Source: an uncultured Spirochaetota bacterium | Lineage (GTDB): Bacteria > Spirochaetota > Spirochaetia > SZUA-6 > CAVTHK01 | Assembly (NCBI GenBank): GCA_963734495.1 | Contig: CAVTHK010000010.1 | Span: 160,001-224,000 of the forward strand | DNA: 64,000 nt | Direction: 5' to 3' | In this document: positions 10,946 to 20,864 of the stretch, piece by piece | Numbering within the stretch: position 1 is the first letter of the stretch | How the letters are laid out: each line of letters starts with the position of its first letter | The notes under the pieces: model-generated | The model's database searches: none | What the model saw: the letters and a program-made list of their open reading frames with translations, nothing else | What the model was told of the DNA's origin: nothing | Made by a program: the position numbers and the translations under genes

Positions 10946-12091
10946 GTGAGCTCCCCGAAACCGGGCCGAAGCCGGTCCCAGAGCGAACGCCCGGCGTTGG
11001 GGTCGATGGCGGCCTTTATCGCGCAACTTCCCGATCACACGCCCAGGGCGATCGTCGACCGCATCCGCGGCGCCGGCTACGTGGGCCAGACCCCGGCCCT
11101 CAAGGCAGCGGCCCTCATGGCGTATCGGCACGTCGCGCGCCTCAAGAAGGTCTACGTCCGCGGCGTGGACCCTTCGCATCTCCCGCCCAAGACGAACCTG
11201 CTGTTCGTGGGGCCGACGGGCTGCGGCAAGACGTTCCTCGTCGAGATCCTCTTCCGGGACATCCTCGCGCTGCCGACGGTCATCGTCGACATGACCAACT
11301 ACTCCGAGACCGGCTATGTCGGCCAGGACGTCCCGTCCATCCTGACCCGCCTGCTGTACGCCGCCAACCTGAACCCGGTGGCCGCGGCCATCGGGGTCGT
11401 CTGCCTGGACGAGTTCGACAAGCTGGCGTCCGGACACAACAACGCGGTCTTCGCCGGGGCGGGCACCACCAAGGACGTCACCGGCATCGGGGTTCAGCGC
11501 GAGCTGCTCAAGATGCTCGAGGGCTCCGACGTCACGGTCCCCATCGAGCTCTCGCACTCCGACTACGCGCCGCGCTCGGTGCTTTCGACGCGCGACATCC
11601 CCTTCGTGGCCTGCGGCGCCTTTTCCGGCCTCAAGGGGCTCATCGAGCGGCAGGGCGAGCACATCGGCTTCGGCCGCGAGGCGCTCTCGGGAACGCAGGA
11701 CCGCATCGCCGTGAGCTATACCGACCACGAGGTGGACCTGGTCCGCAACTTCACCAGCTACGGCTTTCTGCCCGAGCTGATCGCGCGGTTCAAGCGCGTC
11801 ATCCCCTTCTCCGCCCTTGGGGAGGATGAGCTCGCGCAGATCCTCGACAAGAGCCTGCTGCCGCGCTACCGCAACGAGTTCGCGAGCGAGGGGAAGGAGC
11901 TGGTGATCACGCCCGCAGCCCGGCGCACGCTCGTCTCCGAGAGCGTCGCAAAGGAAACGGGCGCGCGGGGACTGGAATCCGCGCTGATGCGCGCGATCGA
12001 GGAGGCAGCGTTCGAGGCCTACTCCGCGCCCGACTGCCGCCGCGTCGAAATCGTCGTTTCGGGCAATGCCCTCACCCACCGGCTCCAGTAA
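10946..12091 (+). CDS. ClpX-like AAA+ ATPase lacking the N-terminal zinc-binding domain
   Basis: NLLFVGPTGCGKT (Walker A), ETGYVGQDV (pore loop), CLDEFDKL (Walker B), GVQRELLKML, HIGF loop, GFLPELIARF, TGARGL. The start could be the ATG near 11006. Confidence 0.85.
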   Translation: MSSPKPGRSRSQSERPALGSMAAFIAQLPDHTPRAIVDRIRGAGYVGQTPALKAAALMAYRHVARLKKVYVRGVDPSHLPPKTNLLFVGPTGCGKTFLVEILFRDILALPTVIVDMTNYSETGYVGQDVPSILTRLLYAANLNPVAAAIGVVCLDEFDKLASGHNNAVFAGAGTTKDVTGIGVQRELLKMLEGSDVTVPIELSHSDYAPRSVLSTRDIPFVACGAFSGLKGLIERQGEHIGFGREALSGTQDRIAVSYTDHEVDLVRNFTSYGFLPELIARFKRVIPFSALGEDELAQILDKSLLPRYRNEFASEGKELVITPAARRTLVSESVAKETGARGLESALMRAIEEAAFEAYSAPDCRRVEIVVSGNALTHRLQ

Positions 12092-12189
12092 CCCCGGCCC
12101 GGCGGGGCCGGAGGCGGGGGCCGGCAGCGCGGGGGCCGGCATCGCGGGAGCCGGCGGCGCCCCGGTCCGGACCCCGCGCCGCGGCCCTG

Positions 12190-13008
12190 ATGGACCTCGT
12201 GCAGTGGCAGGTCGCGTTCGGCCATCGTCACCCCGGGGCGCCCGGCCACGCGGCGTTTCACCGCGCTCTCCGCGACCGGCTGCAAGCGACGGGCCTGGAC
12301 GTGCGCGCGCAGCACTTTCCCCTTCGCTTCAACGGGAAGGCGTGCTCCTGCGCCAACTACGTCGTCCACGTCCCCGCGGGCGGGCCGGCCGCACGCGGGC
12401 CGCTGCTCGTCGGGACCCACTTCGACAGCCGCCTCATCGCGGATCGCGAGCGAGACGCGGAGGCGCGCTCGCGGCCGATCCTCGGCGCCAACGACGGGGG
12501 CTCCGGGACTGCGGTCCTCCTTCACCTTCTCGAGAACCTGCCCGCGGGCGGGCCGACCCGCGACCTTCTCCTCGCCTTCTTCGATGCGGAGGATGTCGGC
12601 GGCATCGAAGGGTACGAGTTCTCCGTCGGGGCGGAGCGCCTGGCCGCGGCTCCCGTCCCCTTCGCTCCCGAGGAGGTCCTGGTGCTCGACATGGTCGGAG
12701 GCCGCGAGCTCGTCCTGGACGAGGACGCGCACATCCACCGTCACCAGCCGAGCCGCAGGCTCACGGCCGAGATCTTCGGCCTTGCCGAGCGGCTCGGGAT
12801 GAAGCCCTTTGCAGCGCCCAAGCCTCACAAGTCCAAGTACATCATCTCCGATCACTATCCGTTCCTCCAGCGGGGGCTGGCGACCTGCATCCTCATCGAC
12901 ATCGACTACCCGCAGTGGCACACCCAGGCCGACCTGCCGCAGGCCATGTCGGGGGAGTCGCTCGCGATGATGGAGGATCTGCTGCTCGCGTACGCGTTCG
13001 CGCGTTGA
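12190..13008 (+). CDS. M28-family Zn peptidase / glutaminyl-cyclase-like protein
   Basis: GTHFDSR, ILGANDGGSG, FFDAEDVG, LDMVG, SDHYPF, YPQWHT..D motifs. Confidence 0.85.
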   Translation: MDLVQWQVAFGHRHPGAPGHAAFHRALRDRLQATGLDVRAQHFPLRFNGKACSCANYVVHVPAGGPAARGPLLVGTHFDSRLIADRERDAEARSRPILGANDGGSGTAVLLHLLENLPAGGPTRDLLLAFFDAEDVGGIEGYEFSVGAERLAAAPVPFAPEEVLVLDMVGGRELVLDEDAHIHRHQPSRRLTAEIFGLAERLGMKPFAAPKPHKSKYIISDHYPFLQRGLATCILIDIDYPQWHTQADLPQAMSGESLAMMEDLLLAYAFAR

Positions 13009-13040
13009 TGCGCCGGAGGCCGGCGCGCCGGAGCGGCGCC

Positions 13041-14151
13041 CTACTCGACGGCGATCCGAGGCACGCGCCTGGTGATCAGGCACGTCACCTCGTAGGGGAT
13101 CGTGCCGATGAGGCGCGCGACCTCAGCCGCGTCGGGGCGGCCTTCGCCCGGGCCGAAGAGCGTCACGGGGTCGCCCACCCGCACGTCGGTGCCCGGCCCG
13201 ACGTCGACCATGCACTGATCCATGCAGACGCGGCCCACCACCGGGCAGCGCCTGCCCCCGACCCAGACCTCGCCGCGGCCGGAGAGCTGGCGGCTGTACC
13301 CGTCGGCGTACCCGACGGGCAGCGTCGCGATGCAGGTGCGCCGCTCCGCGCGCCACGTCATCCCGTACGAGATGGCCGTCCCTCGCTCGACCTCCTTGAT
13401 GAAGGCTACCCTCGTGGAGAGCTCCATCACCGGCCGCAGGTCGAGCGGGCGCGGAAGGTCCGTGTACGGGTAGTAGCCATAGAGGGCGAGCCCGACACGC
13501 ACCATCGAGAAGCGGGCCTCGGGAAACCCCAGGACGCCGCCGGTGTTCGAGGCGTGGACGACCCCGGGATCGACGCCGAGACGGCGGATCTCGTCGAGGC
13601 ACCCGCGGAACAGGCCGATCTGGCGTTCCGTGTAGCCCCGCTGCGGCGAGGTCCGCGCCCGCGAAGTGCGTGCACACCCCCGCGAGGGTCAGGCTGCGGG
13701 AGGCGGCCACGCGCCGGGCCAGCGCCGCGGCATGCTCGGGGCGGCAGCCCACGCGGCCCATGCCCGTGTCGATCTTGAGGTGCGCGGCGGCGCTGCGGCC
13801 GAGACGGGCAGCCGCGCGCTCCAGAGCCCCGATGCCCTCCTCGTCCGCCACGAACGGCGCGAGGTCCGCGACCACCGCGGGCTCGGTTTCCTCGGGGAGC
13901 AGGTTCCGCAGGACGAGCACGGGAGCTGTGATTCCCGCCTCGCGCAGCTCGACCCCCTCCTCCACGCCGGCCACACCGAGCGAGTGCGCGCCCGCGGTCA
14001 CGGCAGCCGAAGCCACGATCGCCGCCCCGTGGCCGTACGCGTTCGCCTTGACCATGGCGCAGAGCCGCACGTCGGGAGCAAGCAGCCCGCGGACGGCCTC
14101 CACGTTGTGCCGCAGGTTCGCGAGGTGTATCAGCGCGCGGGTGCACGACAT
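13041..14151 (-). CDS. alr: Alanine racemase; frameshift near 13630-13640
   Basis: MVKANAYGHG (PLP lysine), HLKIDTGMGRVG, CTHFA; second frame MVRVGLALYG, ISYG, PVGYADG, VGRVCMDQ, GTIPYEVTC. Confidence 0.92.
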
Positions 14152-14248
14152 CGCGGCGGAGTCTACCCAAGCCGGCGCGGTTTGGCCAGCGGCCTCCCTG
14201 TCACGCTTACCCTTCGGCCGATGTTTGTAGTATGCTCAAGGCGAAACG

Positions 14249-15514
14249 ATGACGTCACCCACCGACACGAAGCAGAGCGCCTTTCTTTTCGCCATCGACA
14301 CGGGCAAGGCGCTCTGGAGCGTCGCGGACTCCCTCGAGGAGCTCGCCCAGCTCGCGGCGACCGCCGGAATCGCTGTCGTGGCGCGGGCCTCGCAGAAGCG
14401 CCCCGCGCCCGACCCGCACGCGTACATGGGCCCCGGCAAGCTCGAAGAGGTCGCGGCCGAGCTGGAGCGCTTCGAGGCTGACATGCTCATCGTGGACGAC
14501 GAGGTCACGCCGGCCCAGCAGCGGACGCTCGAGAAGCGGCTCGAGGTCCCGGTCGTCGACCGCACGGCGCTGATCCTGGAGATCTTCGCGCGCCACGCCC
14601 GCACCCGCGAAGGGCAGCTGCAGGTGGAGCTGGCGCAGTACGAGTACCTGCTGCCGAGGCTGGCGGGCCTGTGGACGCACCTGGAACGGCAGGCCGGCGG
14701 GCGGCGCGGCGGCGTCGGCCTGCGCGGACCCGGCGAGACGCAGCTCGAGATGGACCGGCGGGTCGCGCGGAAGCGCATGGCGGCCCTGCGCAAGGAGATC
14801 GAGACGGTGCGGGCGCAGCGGCTGCAGCGCCGCGACCGGAGGCGGCGCAACGAGGCGCCGGTGGTCGTGCTCAGCGGGTACACCAACGCGGGCAAGAGCA
14901 GCCTGCTCAACCGGATCGCCGGCACGGACGTGCTCGCAGCGAACCAGCTCTTTGCCACCCTCGACCCGACCACGCGGCGCGTACGCCTCCCGAGCGGCGC
15001 CACGGTGCTGTTCAGCGACACGGTCGGCTTTATCAACAAGCTGCCGCACGAGCTGGTGGCGGCGTTCCGCGCGACCCTCGAGGAGATCGCGGAGGCGGAC
15101 GTCGTTCTCCTGGTGGTCGACGCCGCGCACGCGCGCGCCGAGGCGCAGCACCAGGTTTCGCGCGCGGTGCTCGACGACCTGGGCGCGCCCCGCGAGCGCA
15201 CGCTCACGGTCTGGAACAAGGTCGATCTCCTCGAGCCGGGCGTGAGCGGCCCCAACGGGTCGCCGCGCGTGAGCGCGCTCACCGGCCAGGGCATCCCCGA
15301 GCTGCTCGCCGCGGTCGAGGAGCTCCTGCGCAGCGGGATGGAGCGGCTCGCGCTGCTCGTGCCGTACGCGGAGACGCTGCTCACGCAGGAGGTCCGCACG
15401 CAGGGGATCGTGCTCTCGGAGCACGCCGAGGATGACGGGATGAGGCTCGACGCCTACGTGCCGCCCCGCCTCGCGGGCAGGCTGCGGTCTGCCGGCGCCG
15501 TCACAGGTAGCTGA
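14249..15514 (+). CDS. hflX: GTPase HflX
   Basis: DRTALILEIFARHARTREGQLQVELAQ, GPGETQLE.DRR, GYTNAGKSS, LFATLDPT, DTVGFI, NKVD. Confidence 0.95.
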   Translation: MTSPTDTKQSAFLFAIDTGKALWSVADSLEELAQLAATAGIAVVARASQKRPAPDPHAYMGPGKLEEVAAELERFEADMLIVDDEVTPAQQRTLEKRLEVPVVDRTALILEIFARHARTREGQLQVELAQYEYLLPRLAGLWTHLERQAGGRRGGVGLRGPGETQLEMDRRVARKRMAALRKEIETVRAQRLQRRDRRRRNEAPVVVLSGYTNAGKSSLLNRIAGTDVLAANQLFATLDPTTRRVRLPSGATVLFSDTVGFINKLPHELVAAFRATLEEIAEADVVLLVVDAAHARAEAQHQVSRAVLDDLGAPRERTLTVWNKVDLLEPGVSGPNGSPRVSALTGQGIPELLAAVEELLRSGMERLALLVPYAETLLTQEVRTQGIVLSEHAEDDGMRLDAYVPPRLAGRLRSAGAVTGS

Positions 15515-16268
15515 GGCTCTTGGCGATCAGCTGGGAGATCTCGTAGCGGCGGGCCGGCGTGATCTCCATGTCCGGCCTGATCAGGCTGTCGAGGCGGCCG
15601 GAGAACTCGTCGGGGACCTTCTTCAGCTTCGTGACCCGCTCGAGCAGCATCTGGTGGCTCGGCTCGAACTGACGGTTCAGCGCAAAGAGAAAGCTGCACA
15701 GGCTCTGCAGGAAGCGGGCGTTCGACAGCCGGTAGAAGAGGTGGTCGCCCCTGTTGACGGCCGCGCCGACGTCGGCGACGGCACGGTCGAGGGCGATGCG
15801 GGAGCCTTCCTTCAAACTATCCCAGAAGGCGTCGGGGACGCGGGCGAGCTTCTCCCGCGAGCGGGCAAGCCACCCCTCGCGATCCTGGAGCACGCGCCCG
15901 TTCTGGATCCTGTAGAGGATGTTGGTGGTCTCGTCGCGGAAGACCCAGTCGCCCTGCCCCGCCCTGTCGAGCAGCGCGTCGATGCGGTCCTGCTCCAGGT
16001 ACATGACGCGGACGGGCATCTCCTCCACCCGGAAGAGGTCGGCGTGCAGCTGCGGCGAGTACGAGAACCCCGGCGGCGAGCCCAGCGCGGCCGAACGCTC
16101 GGCGACAGGCGGAAGCTCGCCGGCGTGGCAGACCGCCAGATCGATGCTGAAGTAGGGGTCGATCGTCTCGGGCGTTTCGGTCTCCCCCAGGACGACGGCC
16201 AGGACCGACTTCCACTCCGACATGCGCTCCGAGAGGGTCTCCGCGATCCGAGCGACTTTCCTCTGCAT
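15501..16268 (-). CDS. DUF4037-like / nucleotidyltransferase-fold hypothetical protein
   Basis: Clean 255-aa ORF with protein-like composition and a GGAGGGG SD. IDPYFSIDL and LFALNRQFEPS resemble DUF4037 proteins. Confidence 0.6.
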   Translation of the reverse strand: MQRKVARIAETLSERMSEWKSVLAVVLGETETPETIDPYFSIDLAVCHAGELPPVAERSAALGSPPGFSYSPQLHADLFRVEEMPVRVMYLEQDRIDALLDRAGQGDWVFRDETTNILYRIQNGRVLQDREGWLARSREKLARVPDAFWDSLKEGSRIALDRAVADVGAAVNRGDHLFYRLSNARFLQSLCSFLFALNRQFEPSHQMLLERVTKLKKVPDEFSGRLDSLIRPDMEITPARRYEISQLIAKSLSYL

Positions 16269-16311
16269 GCTGCCCCTCCAACGGTTGCGCAGCCATGGTA
16301 CACGAATTAGG

Positions 16312-16998
16312 ATGGGCCATCAACGCGAGGAGCCCCGCTTGCGCCGCTTCGCAGTAGCCGCTCTCCTGCCTCCCGCCAACGTCGAGCGGCTCGTCCACGA
16401 CCTCCAGGACCGCCTGTTCCGCGAGCTGGGGCTCGCGTCGGCGCAGGCGCTTCCGGCCTTTGCGCCGCTCGCCGCGCTGCCGCCGGGCCTGGAGCCGCGC
16501 GTCTTCGAGTCGGCGATCGAGCCCGAGCGGGCGGCATTCCGCATCGAGCTCGCACCACCGGCCGCGGCCGGCGCGGCCGTCGTGCTCGGCCTGCTCCCCG
16601 GGCCCGGCGGCCTCGAGCGGCTCTCGCGCGTGCACGCCGCGCTCGTGCCCCTGCTCGCCGCGGACGCCGCGGCTGTTCCCTTTGCGCTCGGGGCGCGCCT
16701 GTGGCTCGCCGAGGCCTCGTCGGGGGCGGAGGCCGCCGCTGCTGCGCGCCTGCTCGCCGGCGGCTTCGCCCCTCTCGGCTTTGCGAGCTTCGACTACGCC
16801 ATCCTCGAGGTGGAGGCGGCGGACGGCGAGCCGTGGTGGCGCGAGCTGCGGTGGCGCACGTACGCGCACGTGCGCGCGCGCCGCGGGCCGCCTGCGGCGC
16901 GCAAGGCGGACGGGCCTCGCCGCGCGCCGATTCGCGTTGACAAGAGATCGGACCGCTGGCTATACTCCGGGCAACCGCTGCGGTGGTGGAATTGGTAG
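16312..16998 (+). CDS. Hypothetical protein (3' end uncertain; runs into tRNA promoter and tRNA)
   Basis: ATG 16312, divergent from the previous gene; high GC3 codon usage up to ~16880. Confidence 0.5.
   Translation: MGHQREEPRLRRFAVAALLPPANVERLVHDLQDRLFRELGLASAQALPAFAPLAALPPGLEPRVFESAIEPERAAFRIELAPPAAAGAAVVLGLLPGPGGLERLSRVHAALVPLLAADAAAVPFALGARLWLAEASSGAEAAAAARLLAGGFAPLGFASFDYAILEVEAADGEPWWRELRWRTYAHVRARRGPPAARKADGPRRAPIRVDKRSDRWLYSGQPLRWWNW
16937..16966 (+). promoter_or_regulatory. Sigma70 promoter of tRNA-Leu
   Basis: TTGACA (16937-16942), 18 nt spacer, TATACT (16961-16966), 10 nt before the tRNA. Confidence 0.8.
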
Positions 16999-17062
16999 AC
17001 ACGCTAGCTTGAGGGGCTAGTCAGGGTTATACCTGGTGGAGGTTCAAGTCCTCTCCGCAGCA
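16977..17062 (+). tRNA. tRNA-Leu (anticodon GAG); CCA not encoded
   Basis: Acceptor stem GCTGCGG/CCGCAGC plus discriminator A; D arm GTGGAATTGGTAGACAC; anticodon arm CTAGC-TTGAGGG-GCTAG; long variable arm; T arm GGAGG-TTCAAGT-CCTCT. Confidence 0.96.
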
Positions 17063-17236
17063 AGGTAACACCATCGGGGAAAGCAACTTAGCGGATAGGC
17101 CCGAGGCGATGCTCGCCGAGATCGGGCGCAATCCGCGGCTGAGACGGTTCACTGACGGTCCTTTCCGGGGCGCAACCGCCGGGGTTAGCGGGCGCTCCCG
17201 GGTCGTGGATGCGAAAGCTGGCCGCTACATGCGCGA

Positions 17237-18064
17237 CTACCTGTCCAGCCTCACGAAATCGGGCCAGACTTTCGAAAAGAATGCCCGCTGGATCCCTCTC
17301 ACGCTCTCCCCACCGTCAACCACGATATTGGAGCCGACGCTGAAGCTGCCGGCTCGCGAAGCGAGGAATATGGCGGCCCCGGCGATGTTGTCCTTCTCCC
17401 CGATCCGCTTGGCTGGAATCATCCTTCTCATGTCGTCTGTGTGATCGCGGGCCGCCGTGTTCAAATCGGTGGGAAAATCGCCGGGAGAGATTGTGTTCAC
17501 ATGAATCCCCTCCCAGGCGAGGCTGTCACCCAAGTGGCGATCCAGCTGTATCACGCCGGCTTTGCTGACGCCGTAGGCGTAGTTGTAGACCGAGTTGAGC
17601 TTGCCGCAGCCGTCGATGGAAGCGATATTGATCACGTTTCTCGGGGTCTTGGGCGAAGCCCCCACTCGCAGGAAAGGCAAGAACGCCTGGATCATGAAGA
17701 AGATGGTCTTGGTGTTGAGATCCGTCACCGCGTCCCATGTCTCCTCGGTGACGTCTTCGATCTCTCGGCCGCCGTCACTGATTCCAGCGTTGTTCACCAG
17801 GATATCGAGTGACTGCTCCCGTTCACCGTAAGCCCTTGCCAGCGCCTTGATACCCGCAACTGAACTTACATCGGCCGTGATGTACTCGCAGGGGCCGATA
17901 GTCGCCAACTCCTTCTGTTTCTTCTTCAGCTCCTGCACTCTGCGGGCTACCAGGTAGACCTTCGCGCCAAAACTGACAAAGCCCTCGGCGATCATGGCTC
18001 CGATGCCAACCGAACCACCGGTCACCAACGCGATCTTGCCTTCCAGCGAAAACAGATCTTTCAT
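17237..18064 (-). CDS. Short-chain dehydrogenase/reductase (SDR)
   Basis: GGAGG SD; MKDLFSLEGKIALVTGGSVGIG, LVNNAG, INIAS, catalytic YGVSK, VNTISPG, VDGG. Confidence 0.92.
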   Translation of the reverse strand: MKDLFSLEGKIALVTGGSVGIGAMIAEGFVSFGAKVYLVARRVQELKKKQKELATIGPCEYITADVSSVAGIKALARAYGEREQSLDILVNNAGISDGGREIEDVTEETWDAVTDLNTKTIFFMIQAFLPFLRVGASPKTPRNVINIASIDGCGKLNSVYNYAYGVSKAGVIQLDRHLGDSLAWEGIHVNTISPGDFPTDLNTAARDHTDDMRRMIPAKRIGEKDNIAGAAIFLASRAGSFSVGSNIVVDGGESVRGIQRAFFSKVWPDFVRLDR

Positions 18065-18285
18065 CCCCGGAACCTCCGTGTGGCGTTGATCTCCCCGAGC
18101 CTCTTCTGCTCCATCAACTATGCTCCAGGTGGCTGTCTCGATCCAGTGGACCGTAGCGCCGCGCCGCCGATCCAGCCCAGGCCGAGCATGGACGTGAAGA
18201 CGTGGAGAAGAAGTCCCGCCATCCTCTGCTGTCAGGCGGCCGCATGGATCGGAAGCTTCGGACGAGTGCTGTTTCGCGACAGTGA

Positions 18286-18630
18286 CTACAGTCCGTGGAG
18301 GTACCCATAGACCGAGGGCCTTGTCGCCGCCGTGGCCTTCACCAGCTCGGGCGAAAGGTCGCCACAGAGATCGAGTTGGGCGTCGGCGTAGCTGAAAAGC
18401 GTCCCCAGGGCCTCCCCGAGGTTGGCGATGTGCTCGAGCACAGCCTTGGAGTCTCTGTACTGTTCTCGAACGACGCACTCGGTGCCGTCCTCGTTGAGGA
18501 ACCAGTCGTACTGGAGGCAGCCCTTGTCCTTCTCCCTGGTGAGTTGCATGCACTTGCTCGCCGCGGCTTTGAAGTCATCGAGGCGGCCTTTGTGAATCTT
18601 CAGTCGTGCGTAGATTTGGATCGTGTTCAT
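18286..18630 (-). CDS. ABM-family (putative quinol monooxygenase) dimeric alpha/beta barrel protein
   Basis: AAGGAG SD; ARLKIHKGRLDDFKAAA...EKDKGCLQYDWF...VREQYRDSKAVLEH pattern. Confidence 0.75.
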   Translation of the reverse strand: MNTIQIYARLKIHKGRLDDFKAAASKCMQLTREKDKGCLQYDWFLNEDGTECVVREQYRDSKAVLEHIANLGEALGTLFSYADAQLDLCGDLSPELVKATAATRPSVYGYLHGL

Positions 18631-18731
18631 CACCGACTCCTTCAGACCCGACACTGCGCTCCGGAAGTGCCAGATAGCCGCGAGAGTTCAAGCCCTCACA
18701 CGGACGGTAGCGCGACGCCTGGTCTCAGCGC

Positions 18732-19010
18732 TTACTTCAGCTCCTCGTAGATGTACCGGACGCTGTTGTCTGCGACGCGCTTCTCGCGGTTCTCCTTGAG
18801 CAGGGCTTCGTACTTCGGGTTCGGCTTCTTCATCTGCTCGTCGAAGGCCGCGAGAGACTCGCAGGTGCGGGTGAACATGATCTTTTGCGTCGGGCCGGCT
18901 ACCGGCGTGAACACAGTACTGCCGGTGCATGCCGCGACCTTCCTGGCCCAGTCCCACGCCTCCAGCCTCTTGCCGAAGGGGATGTCAACGACCGTGATGA
19001 CGATGACCAT
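18732..19010 (-). CDS. Small hypothetical protein, NIPSNAP/dimeric barrel-like
   Basis: AGGAGG SD; 92 aa with alternating beta/alpha pattern (..ESLAAFDE..YEALL). Confidence 0.55.
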   Translation of the reverse strand: MVIVITVVDIPFGKRLEAWDWARKVAACTGSTVFTPVAGPTQKIMFTRTCESLAAFDEQMKKPNPKYEALLKENREKRVADNSVRYIYEELK

Positions 19011-19424
19011 GGAAACCTCCTGCTGCGTATTTGTTCAAGGGTAGAAGCTTCATCCAGGCTTTCCCCCATGTCCCCGACTGTCACCGATGTGTCGCCGGCC
19101 GTCACTTCCGGCGGGCGCCGCTGGGAGGTCGCCGCTGCGGCGAAAGGCGGGACGCCGCTGCGGCATACCCGTGGCCCTTCGCTCAGGTGCCGCCTCCCCC
19201 GCGAACAGATCGCCAAAGTGTCGCTCATGGAGGTGCAGCGCGCCAGCGGATCGAAGCCAAAATGTCTTCGACCGTCAGGAAATTGTCCCCGAGCGTTCAC
19301 TTTTGACGCGGGGTGACCGTCGCGCGGGTGGTGGCAGTCCTGTGCGAGCGGCCGACGCAGTGGACCAGGTCGCGCCATGCACAGCGGGCAGGCAACGGAC
19401 CACGCGGCTGTCGGAGAAGGCGGC

Positions 19425-20864
19425 CTACTGGCGGAAGTTGTCGCTGACCTTCACGAGCAGGAGGAGCTCCGCGGCCTTCGACCCGGGCACCAGTCGGTTG
19501 TTGCTTACCTCGCTGTCGTCCGGCCCGAAAACCACGGGGAAGCCGATCTGTACGGTGGTCAGGGGAAGCGGAGAGAACTCGAGGAAGGGCGAGATGAGGG
19601 CCGAAGCGTCGGACCAGTCTTGCTGCCAGAGCAGATTGAAGCTCAAGCCGCCCGGGCCGAGGTGCAGGAACCGGAGTACCAGAGCAGAGCTGTGGCCGGC
19701 CGGACCGGTCTCATCCTCGAGCCACGAGGTGCCCGGCTTTCGCTCGCCGTTGTAGGCGTACTCCGCGTGCAGCCTGATGTTGGCGTTGGGCAGGCTTCTC
19801 GACAGTCCCACCACCGCGGACGGGTAGATGCGCTCGAGCGGCCCAGCCTCGACCGGGATGCCGCCGCCCGTCGTGGGTATGGGCGCCAGCCAGTCCGAGG
19901 TGAACTTGACCGGATAGGCCACGATGCTCTCCGCCGACAGATCGAACCCCAGGATGGTCGTCTTCATCGCGAGCAGCGAGCGTGGCGTCAGGAGGCGCTG
20001 CCAGAAGCCGGCGATGCTCCATTCGATCGGTCCGGTCACGAGGTCGTACTGCAGGCCGTATCCGGCGTACTTGGGATCGGGCCTGGTCTGATCCGGGAAG
20101 CCGTAGTCGGCAATGTCGAAGCGCGCGATGAGACTGAGCTGGTCGACCCCGAAAGGTATGCTCACCTTCGCCGAGACAGGCAGGTTCGCCAGGCTGGGGT
20201 TGACGATAAGATTCGTCCTCTCCCAGAGCGGCTGGTTGGAGATCGACCAGTCGGGAAGGCTGCGAGCCGGCAGATTCCCGAACTGGTAGAACTGGGAATT
20301 GCCCCAGGTGTAGTCGAATATGCCCAGCCGGACGAACACGGCGTTGAGGATCGTGTAGTCGACGATCATCTCGGAGATCTGGAAACCCGTCGTCGGGAAG
20401 TTGTAGCTCATCTTGCTGCGGAGCCTGAGCTCGGGCGTCGGGCGAACGTCGAATCCGACGCTCGCCGTAAGGGAGCCGCCGCCCTCCGCTCCGAGATCCT
20501 GGCCGGGCGCGGCGGGATCGGGAAGGTCCGCCCAACCGACGCCAAGGTCCCCGTACATCTCGATCGAACCGAAGATATGGATCCTGTCGTCGCGCGTAAG
20601 ATCGTCGGCCCTTACCGCGCCTCCGCGAGCCTGTGCGTCCGCCGCGGGTGCACTGGAGGTCGAGGCCTCAGGCGACCCCGTGGAGGTCCCGTCGTTGAAC
20701 AGCTGGTCCAGCTCGCTCCCCCCGGAGGCGGGCTGCGTGTCGGCCGGCAGCCGAGCGCAGACGGCGGCGACGAGCACCGCAACCGCGAAGGGCCTGGAGA
20801 GGGCCCCGCCTGCCGTCCTCGGCCTCAGGCGAAGGGCCGCCGGGCGCGCGGCGGAGTCATTCAC
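19425..20864 (-). CDS. Exported hypothetical protein, possible outer-membrane beta-barrel partner of the Lol-like operon
   Basis: Signal-like N-terminus, ELDQLF motif, many amphipathic beta strands with aromatic residues; overlaps the upstream gene's stop. Confidence 0.6.
   Translation of the reverse strand: MNDSAARPAALRLRPRTAGGALSRPFAVAVLVAAVCARLPADTQPASGGSELDQLFNDGTSTGSPEASTSSAPAADAQARGGAVRADDLTRDDRIHIFGSIEMYGDLGVGWADLPDPAAPGQDLGAEGGGSLTASVGFDVRPTPELRLRSKMSYNFPTTGFQISEMIVDYTILNAVFVRLGIFDYTWGNSQFYQFGNLPARSLPDWSISNQPLWERTNLIVNPSLANLPVSAKVSIPFGVDQLSLIARFDIADYGFPDQTRPDPKYAGYGLQYDLVTGPIEWSIAGFWQRLLTPRSLLAMKTTILGFDLSAESIVAYPVKFTSDWLAPIPTTGGGIPVEAGPLERIYPSAVVGLSRSLPNANIRLHAEYAYNGERKPGTSWLEDETGPAGHSSALVLRFLHLGPGGLSFNLLWQQDWSDASALISPFLEFSPLPLTTVQIGFPVVFGPDDSEVSNNRLVPGSKAAELLLLVKVSDNFRQ

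Noticed and set aside
16880-16998. Coding overlap of the hypothetical gene with the tRNA promoter and tRNA
   Set aside because: The tail is non-protein-like and an off-frame TGA at 16938-16940 is a likelier stop; probably another indel.
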